A stretch of 32,000 nt of DNA, from contig JBAZMW010000004.1 of NCBI GenBank assembly GCA_041649575.1, positions 30,001-62,000 of the forward strand. Reading direction: 5' to 3'. Position 1 is the first letter of the stretch. Each line of letters opens with the position of its first letter. The translations under genes and the position numbers were made by a program. Source of the stretch: Patescibacteria group bacterium. GTDB lineage: Bacteria > Patescibacteriota > Patescibacteriia > 2-01-FULL-39-33. Positions 1 to 9,217 of the stretch are shown piece after piece. The notes under the pieces were generated by a model. The model was not told where the DNA came from. It worked only from the letters and a program-made list of their open reading frames with translations, and did not search any database.

Positions 1-1017
1 GAAAATAAAACTATCAAAGCGATTGGCAAACCGGAACAGAGATTCCAGGAGGATTATACCCGCCTGCTGCGCGCTATCAGGCTCTGCTGCCAACTGGATT
101 TTATGATCGAGGCCCACACCCTGAAAACCATTCACGACAAAGCTCAAAAAATCGGCACCATTGCCAAAGAAAGAATTAATGAAGAGCTAGTCAAAATTGT
201 CATGTCGAACAAAGCCGAGGACGGTTTTCGATTACTGCAAAAAATCGGGCTTTTAAAAATATTAATTCCAGAACTGGAGTCGACGGTTAACATCAGCCAG
301 AATAAACATCATATTTACGACATTTTTGAACATAGCGTACGGGCGCTGGGAGCAGGCGCTCAAAGGAATTATTCGCTTTGGGTGCGGCTGGCGGCGCTAC
401 TGCATGACATTGGCAAGCCGCAAACAAAAGAGGGCGAAGGCCCCGACTCAACTTTTTACAACCACGACATCGTTGGAGCCAAAATCGCCAAAAATATTTT
501 AAAACGACTAGATTTTTCCAATGAGACTATTAGCAAGGTGACGCATTTAGTGCGTTATCATATGTTTTATTATGCCCTGGATACGGTGAGCGACGCCGGA
601 GTAAGGCGACTACTAGCGCGACTGGGCAAAGAAAATATTCAAGATTTCATTGATGTCAGAATCTGCGACCGGTTGGGCATGGGCCGGCCTAAGGCCAAAC
701 CCTGGAAGCTGATTGAGCTGGAACGCCGACTCAAGGAAGTGCAGCTCGATCCCATTACTCCCAAGATGCTCAAAATCAATGGCGATGAGCTGATGAAAAT
801 TTTGAAAATCAAGCCGGGACCGCGAGTGGGCCTGATACTTAATGCCCTGCTGGGCGAGGTTTTGGAAGATCCCGAGAAAAACGATAAAAAATATTTGACC
901 AAAAAAATGAAAGAGTTGGATAAATCGAAAGACGAAGAATTAAAAAAACTAAATCCGGATGTAAAATTTTACGAAGAAGAAAGGAAGAGGTTGCTACATT
1001 TCAATAAAGACAACTAA
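1..1017 (+). CDS. CCA tRNA nucleotidyltransferase / poly(A) polymerase-like protein with HD domain, C-terminal part (5' truncated by window)
   Basis: Frame 1 is open from base 1 (ENKTIKAIGKPEQRFQEDYTRLLRAIRLCCQLDF..., the typical RNA-binding motif of CCA-adding enzymes), followed by HD-type HDIxxH and LLHDIGKP motifs. Confidence 0.85.
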   Translation, partial: ENKTIKAIGKPEQRFQEDYTRLLRAIRLCCQLDFMIEAHTLKTIHDKAQKIGTIAKERINEELVKIVMSNKAEDGFRLLQKIGLLKILIPELESTVNISQNKHHIYDIFEHSVRALGAGAQRNYSLWVRLAALLHDIGKPQTKEGEGPDSTFYNHDIVGAKIAKNILKRLDFSNETISKVTHLVRYHMFYYALDTVSDAGVRRLLARLGKENIQDFIDVRICDRLGMGRPKAKPWKLIELERRLKEVQLDPITPKMLKINGDELMKILKIKPGPRVGLILNALLGEVLEDPEKNDKKYLTKKMKELDKSKDEELKKLNPDVKFYEEERKRLLHFNKDN

Positions 1018-1081
1018 AAAGCACGCGACTACTGCCCCGCGTGCCCAGGCTAAGCTGATGGAGTGAACGCCCAATGTATGA

Positions 1082-1366
1082 CTACTTCCCTAATAAATCA
1101 CCTGCGCCATTCTCGCGCATGTACGCCTCGGCTCGTGCCGCATTTGGATCGATGCGGGCATAATCATAGACATCGTTGGCGCACCTATCCACTTGATCAC
1201 CAATGAAGGAAAAACGATTGAACCAACCCTTCTCGTCGAATCCTGACGGCCTGATGAACTGCACTACGTCGCCGCTGGGACTACTGCCAACCGGGCTTAG
1301 CAGAATATAGAACCGTCCGGATTCCAAGTCTGCGGCTGTCACTTGTTTTGCTGCTGTCCCCGCCAT
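1082..1366 (-). CDS. hypothetical protein (94 aa)
   Basis: ORF with strong SD (AAGGAGG-ATC-ATG on minus strand); GC-richer than neighbours. Confidence 0.6.
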   Translation of the reverse strand: MAGTAAKQVTAADLESGRFYILLSPVGSSPSGDVVQFIRPSGFDEKGWFNRFSFIGDQVDRCANDVYDYARIDPNAARAEAYMRENGAGDLLGK

Positions 1367-1378
1367 AGATGATCCTCC

Positions 1379-1714
1379 TTAGCGCTGACTAACACTGATG
1401 TCGAAGAAAGCACGTAGACTCTGTGAAAGCCGTTTTTCCATCTGATCAAGTTGTTTGCCTCTCACGCGACGGCCGAAATCCTTTAAAGGGACCTGACCTT
1501 GGACAAGCTCGCCGGTATCCGAATTGAGCACAAACACATCAATGCCGGCTGGACTCACGAGAGCGCCACTTCTACCGATTACCCTGATGATCTGCTGAGA
1601 TTCTCTCCGATAATAGCAGGCGTCTAGACTCAGCCCTTTATACTTCTTTTTCTTCTCGTCTACCTGCCAATTCATTATCCAAACAACTCCGTGTTCGACT
1701 TTTCTTCGTCTCAT
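1379..1714 (-). CDS. hypothetical protein (start may be 1735)
   Basis: ORF track 1379-1735; GGAGG upstream of the MRRRKVEHG start; same orientation as the neighbouring small ORF. Confidence 0.5.
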   Translation of the reverse strand: MRRRKVEHGVVWIMNWQVDEKKKKYKGLSLDACYYRRESQQIIRVIGRSGALVSPAGIDVFVLNSDTGELVQGQVPLKDFGRRVRGKQLDQMEKRLSQSLRAFFDISVSQR

Positions 1715-1771
1715 TGCGACTCCACCTCCCTCCATAAGAGCGGATTAAAAGCCAAAGCCAATGTACAGCTT

Positions 1772-2764
1772 ATGATAGAAAACATTACCATAATAAATTC
1801 TAATAGTCAAGGCCAACGCCTGGATAAATTTTTGGTGGAAAAATTACCGGAATTATCCCGTTCGCAAATCCAAAAAGCCATTAAAGACGGTCTGGCTTTA
1901 GTCAATGATAAAAAGGTGACAGTACACCACTTTTTGAAAGCGGGTGATGTCGTTAAAATCATTCCCCTTTCTTCTAAGGAGGGGCCAGGGGGAGGTTCTG
2001 AAAGCCGCGAGAAAAAAAATAAGCCCTCAAAACCCCTCCCCGCCTCTCCTTGGAAGGGGGCGGGGCCAAAAATAATTGCCGACGAGCCGGAATTTTTGAT
2101 TATCGAAAAGCCGGCTGGGCTACTGGTCCATCCGACGGAAAAAGGCGAGACAGACACCTTGGCGGATTGGCTGATTGCTAAATATCCGAAGCTTAAAAAA
2201 ATCGGCGAAGACCCTAGCCGTCCAGCCATCGTTCACCGATTAGACAAAGAGGTCTCTGGACTGATGCTGATACCCAAAACTCAAGAGGCTTTTGATTATT
2301 TTAAAAATCAATTCAAAAAACATACCATTGTAAAAAAATACTCGACTTTGGTCTGCGGCCAAATAGCAGCGGCTGAAGGAGAGATCGACCTGCCCATAGG
2401 ACGAAGCAAAAATAAAGCCGGACTCTTCGCTGCCAAGCCGCACAGCCAATGGGGAGAAAAGGACAAAAAAGCAGTCACCAGGTTTAAGGTTATTAAAAAA
2501 TTCAAAAATTATACCTTGCTGGAAGTAGAAATTCTAACCGGGCGCACCCATCAAATCCGCGTTCATATGCTGGCCTTGGGTCATCCGGTACTAGGAGACC
2601 AGTTGTATGGCAAAAAACCAACCAATAAAAAGACAAAAACAACCCCAGAAAGAATCTTCCTCCACGCCACCAGACTGGCCTTTTCTGATCAACAAGGACA
2701 ACCTCGGGAATTTATCAGTCCCTGGCCGGCTGAGCTGGAGAATTTTATCAGAACTTTGAAATAA
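1772..2764 (+). CDS. RluD/RluA-family 23S rRNA pseudouridine synthase
   Basis: S4-like N-terminus (GQRLDKFLVEKLPELSRSQIQKAIKDG) and catalytic motif HRLDKEVSGLMLIPKT, plus GRTHQIRVHMLALGHPVLGD. Start at MIENITI chosen over the upstream extension. Confidence 0.93.
   Translation: MIENITIINSNSQGQRLDKFLVEKLPELSRSQIQKAIKDGLALVNDKKVTVHHFLKAGDVVKIIPLSSKEGPGGGSESREKKNKPSKPLPASPWKGAGPKIIADEPEFLIIEKPAGLLVHPTEKGETDTLADWLIAKYPKLKKIGEDPSRPAIVHRLDKEVSGLMLIPKTQEAFDYFKNQFKKHTIVKKYSTLVCGQIAAAEGEIDLPIGRSKNKAGLFAAKPHSQWGEKDKKAVTRFKVIKKFKNYTLLEVEILTGRTHQIRVHMLALGHPVLGDQLYGKKPTNKKTKTTPERIFLHATRLAFSDQQGQPREFISPWPAELENFIRTLK
1965..2065. repeat. palindromic element embedded in frame in the pseudouridine synthase gene
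   Basis: Left arm TTCTAAGGAGGGGCCAGGGGGAGGTT is near-complementary to right arm AACCCCTCCCCGCCTCTCCTTGGAA; about 35 nt AT-rich loop; encodes low-complexity SSKEGPGGGSESREKKNKPSKPLPASPWKGAGP. Confidence 0.7.
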
Positions 2765-2832
2765 AACTTGTAAAAATTCCCCTTTTCTGTTAAAATTATT
2801 TTAAATTCTTAAGTAACAAATAACATTCATTT

Positions 2833-3081
2833 ATGGGGTTACCAAGCAAGAAAAGAACCAAAACTTCCAAAAGACAACGAGCCTCTCATTTCGCTCTGAA
2901 AAAGATCCGCCTGGTTAGCTGTAAAAAATGCGGCCGGCCAGTCCTGCCTCATCGGGCTTGTGAGTTCTGCGGCGTCTATAAGGGCAGAGATATTTTAAAA
3001 ATCAAAACTAAGAAGAAAACCGCCAAGCAAAAAGCGCAGGACAGAAAAGAAAAAGCCAGAGAAAAAGAAGCCAAAAAATAG
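2833..3081 (+). CDS. rpmF: 50S ribosomal protein L32 with Lys-rich C-terminal extension
   Basis: MGLPSKKRTKTSKRQRASH...CKKCGRPVLPHRACEFCGVYKGR, a classical L32 with zinc-binding cysteines. Confidence 0.95.
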   Translation: MGLPSKKRTKTSKRQRASHFALKKIRLVSCKKCGRPVLPHRACEFCGVYKGRDILKIKTKKKTAKQKAQDRKEKAREKEAKK

Positions 3082-3117
3082 CTGATTTATAATTTGTAAA
3101 TTATTTCTAAATCATAT

Positions 3118-3585
3118 ATGTCCAATAGGCATCTGGCCAGAACTTTGGCCATTCAAACCCTCTACCAGTGGGATTTCAACGGACAAAAGGAAGATGTTTT
3201 GCAAATTATGGAAAAAAATCGCCAGGAATTCGCTCCCGAATTCGATGACGGCGGTTTTATTAAACATTTGATTGAAGGAATCAAAAGCAACCTAAAACAA
3301 ATAGACGCTCTAATCACCAAATTCGCTCCGGAATGGCCACTGGAGCAAATCACTATTGTTGACCGCAACGTCTTGAGGCTGGGCACTTTTGAACTGAAGT
3401 TTGATGAGAGCATTCCGGCCAAAGTGGCCATTAATGAGGCGATTGAGCTGGCCAAAACTTTCGGCGGGGAATCCTCGGGTAAATTTGTTAATGGCGTTTT
3501 GGGAGCGGTCTACAAAGAAATCGGCGAAAAAGAAATTGACAAGCAAAAGAATTTGCAGCCAGACAATAAATTAGCCGCTAGTTAA
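3118..3585 (+). CDS. nusB: transcription antitermination factor NusB
   Basis: [21 protein letters not shown]... [30 protein letters not shown] motif. Confidence 0.93.
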   Translation: MSNRHLARTLAIQTLYQWDFNGQKEDVLQIMEKNRQEFAPEFDDGGFIKHLIEGIKSNLKQIDALITKFAPEWPLEQITIVDRNVLRLGTFELKFDESIPAKVAINEAIELAKTFGGESSGKFVNGVLGAVYKEIGEKEIDKQKNLQPDNKLAAS

Positions 3586-3603
3586 ACAATCTTGGCACCA
3601 CTT

Positions 3604-4299
3604 ATGAAAAATTTGTCTAGTTTAGAAAAAATTCTGGGAGTGACTTTTAAAAAACAAGAATTGCTGCTCCAGGCCGTAACACATCGTTCTTATCTGAATG
3701 AACATCCAGAATTCAAGCTTGAACATAACGAAAGATTGGAATTTCTGGGCGACGCCGTTTTGGAGCTAATAGTTACAGAATATCTTTATAACAACTACCC
3801 CAACCCAGAGGGAGAGCTGACCAACTGGCGAGCCAGCCTGGTCAACCGTTCCAGCCTGGCAGAGACCGCTCAAGAATTAGCCATTGAGTCTTTTATTTCC
3901 ATGAGCAAGGGCGAGAGTAAGGATAAAAATTCCAAAGCCCGGCAATATATCGTGGCCAACGCCATTGAAGCCATTATCGGCGCCGTTTATCTTGATCAAG
4001 GAATCGGCTCGGCCAAGAAATTCATCAAAAAAAACATTCTAAGCAAGCTGGAAAGAATCATAGCCAATAAGCTATACGTCGACCCCAAAAGCGATTTCCA
4101 AGAAAAGGCCCAAGACAAATTGGGTGTCACGCCGGTGTATAAAGTTTTGGAGTCGTCCGGGCCGGATCATGCTAAAACCTTCAAAGTGGGGGTATATCTG
4201 GCCAATAAAATGCTAGCAACCGGTGTTGGTTCCAGTAAGCAAGAGGCGCAAACAGCAGCGGCCAGAAACGCCTTGGCCAAAAAAGATTGGGAAAATTAA
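3604..4299 (+). CDS. rnc: ribonuclease III (ORF open from 3592)
   Basis: HNERLEFLGDAVLELIVTEYLY signature, EAIIGAVYLDQG and C-terminal dsRBD (GSSKQEAQTAAARNALAK). Confidence 0.95.
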   Translation: MKNLSSLEKILGVTFKKQELLLQAVTHRSYLNEHPEFKLEHNERLEFLGDAVLELIVTEYLYNNYPNPEGELTNWRASLVNRSSLAETAQELAIESFISMSKGESKDKNSKARQYIVANAIEAIIGAVYLDQGIGSAKKFIKKNILSKLERIIANKLYVDPKSDFQEKAQDKLGVTPVYKVLESSGPDHAKTFKVGVYLANKMLATGVGSSKQEAQTAAARNALAKKDWEN

Positions 4300-4312
4300 T
4301 AACAAAACAAAT

Positions 4313-5347
4313 ATGGATTTAGAATCTCTTTTACAAAAAGCGGTGGGACAAGAAGCTTCTGATTTTCATCTGATTGCCAATCTCCAACCCTTTATCAGAA
4401 TCGATGGGGAATTAAAACAACTAGATAAAAAGATATTTGAACCGAAAGAAATAGAAATTTTAGTCAAAAGAATCATCAGTGAACAACAACTAAAAAGATT
4501 TTTAGTGGAGAAAGAATTGGATTTTGCTTATGAAACTTCCGACGGTTATCGTTTCCGTATAAATTTACACTTGGAAAAAGGCAATTTTGGCCTATCAGCC
4601 AGAGTGATTCCAAAAGAAATACCTTCAATGGAAGATGTGGACATGCCCGAGACCGTCTATCGCCTATGCGGTTTGGAGCGAGGGCTGATTATCGTCACCG
4701 GCCCGACCGGCTGCGGCAAATCCACGTCGCTGGCGGCAATGATTGATTACATAAATGAGAATCGCAATGTTAATATCATTACTTTGGAAGACCCGATTGA
4801 ATTTCTCTTCAAGCCGAAAAAAAGTATTGTCCGCCAAAGACAACTAGGTTCCGATATGCTTTCCTTTCAAAACGGCTTGACTCATGTCTTGCGCCAGGAC
4901 CCAAACGTGATCATGGTGGGAGAGATGAGAAACCTAGAAACTATCGCCGCCACCATCACTCTGGCGGAAACCGGACACCTGGTCTTTGCCACCCTGCACA
5001 CCTACAGCGCCTCCCAAACCATCGACAGAATCATCGATATTTTTCCTCCTCACCAACAAAACCAAATCCGCATGCAAATATCCATCACCCTGCAAGGCAT
5101 CATCTCGCAACGACTGATTCCACGTGCCGATCATGGCCGAGTGGCCGCCCGAGAAGTGCTTCTTAATACGCCGGCGGTAGCCAACATGATCAGAGAAAAT
5201 AAAATTGCCCAAATCAAAACCGCCATCCAGACCGGCGCTAAGGAAGGCATGGTCACTATGGATAATTATCTTCTGAATCTATTTCAAAACGGCATAATTT
5301 CCAAAGAAACCTTCAATAACAATATTTCGGCCATACCAAAAGAATAA
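4313..5347 (+). CDS. PilT/PilU-like type IV pilus retraction ATPase
   Basis: Walker A GPTGCGKSTSLAAMIDYIN, Asp-box ITLEDPIEF, AETGHLVFATLHTYSASQTIDRIID. Confidence 0.9.
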   Translation: MDLESLLQKAVGQEASDFHLIANLQPFIRIDGELKQLDKKIFEPKEIEILVKRIISEQQLKRFLVEKELDFAYETSDGYRFRINLHLEKGNFGLSARVIPKEIPSMEDVDMPETVYRLCGLERGLIIVTGPTGCGKSTSLAAMIDYINENRNVNIITLEDPIEFLFKPKKSIVRQRQLGSDMLSFQNGLTHVLRQDPNVIMVGEMRNLETIAATITLAETGHLVFATLHTYSASQTIDRIIDIFPPHQQNQIRMQISITLQGIISQRLIPRADHGRVAAREVLLNTPAVANMIRENKIAQIKTAIQTGAKEGMVTMDNYLLNLFQNGIISKETFNNNISAIPKE

Positions 5348-5445
5348 ACGGCCTTCTCTAAAGGTCAGTCTCGTTTGACGCTAAGGGATTGATCTTTTTT
5401 GTTTTTTTTGTTAACCTATAAATGTTCTTCTAAATTTTTATTTTA

Positions 5446-5626
5446 GCTCTCGTAGTGAAATGGATATCACGACAGACTCCTGCCCGCCACTGCCTACGCC
5501 CTCGTAGTGAAATGGATATCACGCTTGGCTTCGGACCAAGAATTTTGGGTTCGAATCCTGACGAGGGCGTTGGCGATGGCAGGCGGGTCGGATCTGTTAT
5601 TGGGGGTTCGAATCCTGACGAGGGCG
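5446..5626 (+). other. outer tRNA-Arg-like cloverleaf split by an insertion that contains a complete tRNA
   Basis: 5' part GCTCTCG-TA-GTGA-AATGGATA-TCAC-G-ACAGA (5446-5476). 3' part TCTGT-TATT-GGGGG-TTCGAAT-CCTGA-CGAGGGC-G (5593-5626). 7-bp acceptor and 5-bp anticodon stem pair across the insertion; T-stem has two mismatches. Joining the loop ends gives CTCCGGA = anticodon CCG. Confidence 0.65.
5498..5569 (+). tRNA. tRNA-Arg(TCG), nested inside the outer tRNA-like gene
   Basis: GCCCTCG-TA-GTGA-AATGGATA-TCAC-G-CTTGG-CTTCGGA-CCAAG-AATT-TTGGG-TTCGAAT-CCTGA-CGAGGGC-G; full cloverleaf, anticodon TCG. Confidence 0.85.
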
Positions 5627-5648
5627 TTACCGCGTGGGATGTTAGCTT

Positions 5649-5690
5649 CCGCCTCGGCTCGCTTTGTTCGCCAAGGCGAGACAGGCAGCT
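5649..5690. repeat. palindromic repeat, sister of the element inside trmD
   Basis: CCGCCTCGGCTCGctttgttCGCCAAGGCGAGACaGGcAGCT, compared with CCGCCTCGGCTCGCCGAGGGCGAGACGGGTAGCT at 21197-21230. Confidence 0.6.
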
Positions 5691-5747
5691 AGGCTACGGA
5701 TCAGACTGGAAGAGTATGATAAACAATTTACATAAAACGAGTAATAT

Positions 5748-5820
5748 GGGACGTTAGCTCAGTTGGTAGAGCAGTTGCCTCTTAAGCAAACGGTCGCAGG
5801 TTCGAATCCTGCACGTCCCA
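5748..5820 (+). tRNA. tRNA-Lys(CTT)
   Basis: GGGACGT-TA-GCTC-AGTTGGTA-GAGC...CTCTTAA loop...GCAGG-TTCGAAT-CCTGC-ACGTCCC-A. Confidence 0.92.
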
Positions 5821-5827
5821 AAAATTT

Positions 5828-5856
5828 AAAAGCCGCCGTTAGGCGGATTTTATTTA
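5828..5856 (+). terminator. Rho-independent terminator after tRNA-Lys
   Basis: GCCGCCGTTAGGCGGATTTTATTT. Confidence 0.6.
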
Positions 5857-5945
5857 TCTTAAATGTTTATTTAAAAAATGGTGGGCCACCGAGAGGTTGT
5901 TCCTCGGCAGCCCAGCAATCCTCGTTGCTCGGCGACCACTCACGC

Positions 5946-6077
5946 TCACTTGCGCAAGCAGCCGAGCACTGTCGACGCTACTCCGGACAGCAGGGCGACA
6001 ACCGATGTCGCAATCCACCAGCCGTCGACGTCGTAGTGCGCCGCGCGCGGCTTCGTCAAAACCTTAACATGCCTCAT
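5946..6077 (-). CDS. candidate 43-aa single-pass membrane protein
   Basis: MRHVKVLTKPRAAHYDVDGWWIATSVVALLSGVASTVLGCLRK; strong GGAGG 9 nt upstream of ATG (GGAGGgtctagcacATG); not in the supplied ORF track because it is short. Confidence 0.45.
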   Translation of the reverse strand: MRHVKVLTKPRAAHYDVDGWWIATSVVALLSGVASTVLGCLRK

Positions 6078-6184
6078 GTGCTAGACCCTCCAATGCTCTT
6101 TCAGTCTCACAACCTCCAGTTCCCACGCGGAACTGGCACCACTCTATCAAACAAAACAATTTTTGTCAAGATAACTTTTTTCAA

Positions 6185-6213
6185 AAAACCGCCCCAATAA
6201 GAGGCGGTGAAAC
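6185..6213 (-). terminator. Rho-independent terminator of the HU gene
   Basis: Minus strand CACCGCCTCTTATTGGGGCGGTTTTTT. Confidence 0.65.
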
Positions 6214-6231
6214 TAACATTTTTTAAGGTTT

Positions 6232-6558
6232 TTACTGGCCTGCTTCAACAGTCGATGCCGGTTCGGTTCGTTTGTCTTCTTTGCCTTTCAGGGCGTCTTT
6301 TAGATTTTTGCCGGCTTTGAACTTGGCCACCACTACCGAGGGAATGGCAATTTTTTCTTGAGGATTTCTGGGGTTAATCCCTTCGCGGCCTTTTCTGGCA
6401 CGAGCCGAAAAGGTACCAAAACCGGTCAGGGTCACCTCGCCGCCAGCCTTAATGGTCTCGGTAGTAATCTGAGTGAGAGTGTTTAAAGCTTCCTCTGCCT
6501 GCGGTTTGGTAATTCCAACCCGCTCAGCAATTTTTTCGGCTAATTCTGCTTTATTCAT
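6232..6558 (-). CDS. hup: HU family DNA-binding protein
   Basis: MNKAELAEKIAERVGITKPQAEEALNTL...LTGFGTFSARARKGREGINPRNPQEKIAIPS. Confidence 0.95.
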   Translation of the reverse strand: MNKAELAEKIAERVGITKPQAEEALNTLTQITTETIKAGGEVTLTGFGTFSARARKGREGINPRNPQEKIAIPSVVVAKFKAGKNLKDALKGKEDKRTEPASTVEAGQ

Positions 6559-6592
6559 AAAATGGTCTCCTTTCCAAATAAATTATAAATTA

Positions 6593-7387
6593 TTAAACTT
6601 TTATTATTTTATTAATTCTTGTTATTTTTTTGATTTTCTTGGTTTTGGTGTCAATTTCTAAATACACCCCGTTGAGTTGACAGCGGCCGAATTCTGGCAA
6701 GTCATGCTTCTTGGAACCACGACCGCGGCCCAAGAAAAGATTAAAAATCTGCTCGGGATTGGCGCCGATAACCGAATCTTTATAACCAATCATGCCGGCA
6801 TCAGTAATATAGCCGGTACCAGCCGGCAAAATCTGCTCATCGGCGGTGGGCACGTGGGTATGAGTACCAATAACAGCCGCCACTTGCCCGTCGAAATAAC
6901 GAGCGAAAGCAACCTTTTCAGAAGTGGCTTCGGCATGAAAATCAACCAAAAATATACCCTTTTTGATCTTTTTTAGAATCTTTTCCATGGTTTTGAAAGG
7001 GCAAGCTGTTTTGTCCGGGATAAAAACTCTACCTAATAAGTTTACCACAATTAGTTTATTTGAGCCAATTTTTACCTCTTTGAAACCCACGCCTGATTTT
7101 CTGGCCGAGTAATTAGCCGGTCGAACTAAATTTATTTCAGAATCATTTAAAATTTCATCACTACCAGCCTTTTTCCAAGCATGATTGCCAGAAGTGAAGA
7201 AATCCACGCCAGAGACTGACATCTCCGCCAAAGTCTTTTTGGTAAAACCAATACCATGAGCCAGATTTTCCACATTGGCAACGATTAAATCCGGATGATA
7301 TTGCTTTCTTAACTTGGGTAGTTGCTGTTTAACGGCCTGACGGCCAATTTTACCGACAATATCAGCAAGAAAAATTACTTTAATCAT
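6593..7387 (-). CDS. YmdB-family metallophosphoesterase (TIGR00282-like)
   Basis: MIKVIFLADIVGKIGRQAVKQQLPKL...VANVENLAHGIGFT...GNHAW...AVIGTHTHVPTADEQILPAGTGYITDAGM. Confidence 0.9.
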   Translation of the reverse strand: MIKVIFLADIVGKIGRQAVKQQLPKLRKQYHPDLIVANVENLAHGIGFTKKTLAEMSVSGVDFFTSGNHAWKKAGSDEILNDSEINLVRPANYSARKSGVGFKEVKIGSNKLIVVNLLGRVFIPDKTACPFKTMEKILKKIKKGIFLVDFHAEATSEKVAFARYFDGQVAAVIGTHTHVPTADEQILPAGTGYITDAGMIGYKDSVIGANPEQIFNLFLGRGRGSKKHDLPEFGRCQLNGVYLEIDTKTKKIKKITRINKIIKV

Positions 7388-7420
7388 TTTTTCACACTTA
7401 AAATTAGAGAGTTGTTGGCT

Positions 7421-8950
7421 TTATCTGGCAAATTCAACCACCCGCTTTTCTCTAATAACATTGACTTTAATTTCGCCAGGATATTTGAGCTCGGCTTCGA
7501 TTTTTTCGGCAATATTCTGGGCCATCTTGGCAGCGCCCAAATCATCAACTTGTTCCGGAGTGACGAAAACCCGAACCTCGCGGCCAGCTTGAATGGCATA
7601 AGCCTTTTCTACTCCAGCAAAACCCTTGGCAATGCCTTCCAGCTCTTCGAGCCGTTGCAGATAATTTTCGTAAGTATCCTTTCTGGCTCCAGGCCTGGCT
7701 CCAGAAATCGCGTCAGCCACTTTGACAATCACACCTTCTAAAGTGGTTGGTTTATCGCTATGATGCTCAAAAACCGGTTTGATAATATCTTCGCTAATAC
7801 CAAACTTTTTACAAATATCACGGCCAATCTCCGGGTGTGTGCCTTGCACTTCATGATCGACGGCTTTGCCGATATCGTGCAGCAAGCCAGCTTTCTTGGC
7901 CACCGAAACATCGGCGCCCAATTCTTCGGCTAACAGCGCCGATAGATGCGCCACCTCGACGGAATGGTTTAGGATGTTTTGGCCGTAACTAGTGCGATAC
8001 TTCAAACGGCCGACAATCTGAACCAGCTTGGGATCCAGGCCGGCCACGCCGACTTCGTAAACGGCGCTCTCACCGGCTTTCTTAATATCGGCGGCGATTT
8101 CTTTTTTGGCCTCGTTAATAGTCTCTTCTATTCTGGCGGGGTGGATCCGGCCGTCGAAAATGAGTTTTTCCACGGCCAGCTTGGCCACCTGGCGCCTAAT
8201 CGGACTGAAAGAAGAAAGAGTGATGGCTTGGGGCGTATCGTCGATAATCACTTCCACGCCAGTCAATTGTTCAATGGTCCTGATGTTTCTGCCTTCACGA
8301 CCGATAATCCTGCCTTTCATCTCATCATTGGGTAAATCGACAACCGAGGAGGTGGTTTCCTGGGCATGAGAAGCGGCGCAACGCTCAATTACCGCAGATA
8401 AAATTTCCTTGGCCTTCCTCTCCAATTCTTCCGAGGCTTCGTATTCCAATTTTTTCAGACGATTGACCAAATTTTCGGCAATGACTTTTTCGACATTATC
8501 CAATAATACTTTTTCTGCCTCAGCCTTGGTCAAACCGGCAATTTTTTCCAGTTTAGCCAGCTGTTCTTCTTTAATCCGACCGATCTCTTCTTTAACTTGG
8601 CTAAGCCTGTCGGCCTTGTCAGCCAATTCCTGTTTTTTGTTTTCCAAATCCATCAACTTTTGATCGAAAAGCGCTTCTCTTTTTTCCAAACGACGCTTGG
8701 CGATCTCAGTTTCCTGTCTTAGTTGCCGAACATCGGTTTTGGCATCTTCCAAAACCTTGATCGATCTTTCCTGGGCATCGAGCAAAATCTGTTTTTCTTT
8801 AGTACGGGCGTCGGCAATTAATTTTTTGACTCTGGCCTCAATGGTATCTTGGCGATTTTTGGCCCATAATCTTCTGGCCAGATAACCAATCGCAAAACCG
8901 CCGACCAAAAAAATGACGGCCAGGATAAAATAGATGAATAAATTTTCCAT
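7421..8950 (-). CDS. rny: ribonuclease Y
   Basis: N-terminal TM plus coiled coil, KH (GREGRNIRTIEQLTGVEVIIDDTPQAITLSSFSPIRR) and HD (LLHDIGKAVDHEVQGTHPEIG). Confidence 0.96.
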   Translation of the reverse strand: MENLFIYFILAVIFLVGGFAIGYLARRLWAKNRQDTIEARVKKLIADARTKEKQILLDAQERSIKVLEDAKTDVRQLRQETEIAKRRLEKREALFDQKLMDLENKKQELADKADRLSQVKEEIGRIKEEQLAKLEKIAGLTKAEAEKVLLDNVEKVIAENLVNRLKKLEYEASEELERKAKEILSAVIERCAASHAQETTSSVVDLPNDEMKGRIIGREGRNIRTIEQLTGVEVIIDDTPQAITLSSFSPIRRQVAKLAVEKLIFDGRIHPARIEETINEAKKEIAADIKKAGESAVYEVGVAGLDPKLVQIVGRLKYRTSYGQNILNHSVEVAHLSALLAEELGADVSVAKKAGLLHDIGKAVDHEVQGTHPEIGRDICKKFGISEDIIKPVFEHHSDKPTTLEGVIVKVADAISGARPGARKDTYENYLQRLEELEGIAKGFAGVEKAYAIQAGREVRVFVTPEQVDDLGAAKMAQNIAEKIEAELKYPGEIKVNVIREKRVVEFAR

Positions 8951-9217
8951 AAATTTCTCCGCTAGAAAGAGAAATTTAGCACGTTAAGAGTTTGGTTTTT
9001 TTAAACCAACTTAAAATCCAGAACGAGAGCGGTAACTTTTGATATGGGTATATCAAGAGTGAGAGATTCTAATTTATAACGGAAATTAAACAGTTTCATG
9101 ACAATGATATTTTTAGACAAACAATCAAAGCGGCTAAATTTCTACTTTTTAATTATTTTATTTAAGTATAGACAGTATAGCACAAAACCAAAAATCAGTC
9201 AAATTATAACCAAAACC

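Noticed and set aside
5455-5757. 100-aa and 61-aa ORFs over the tRNA-Arg locus
   Set aside because: Translations simply repeat the tRNA sequence (MKWIS..., GSNPDEG...); explained by the duplicated tRNA parts.
5763-6200. 146-aa plus-strand ORF
   Set aside because: It begins inside tRNA-Lys and lacks an SD; peptide composition looks like translated tRNA and antisense sequence.
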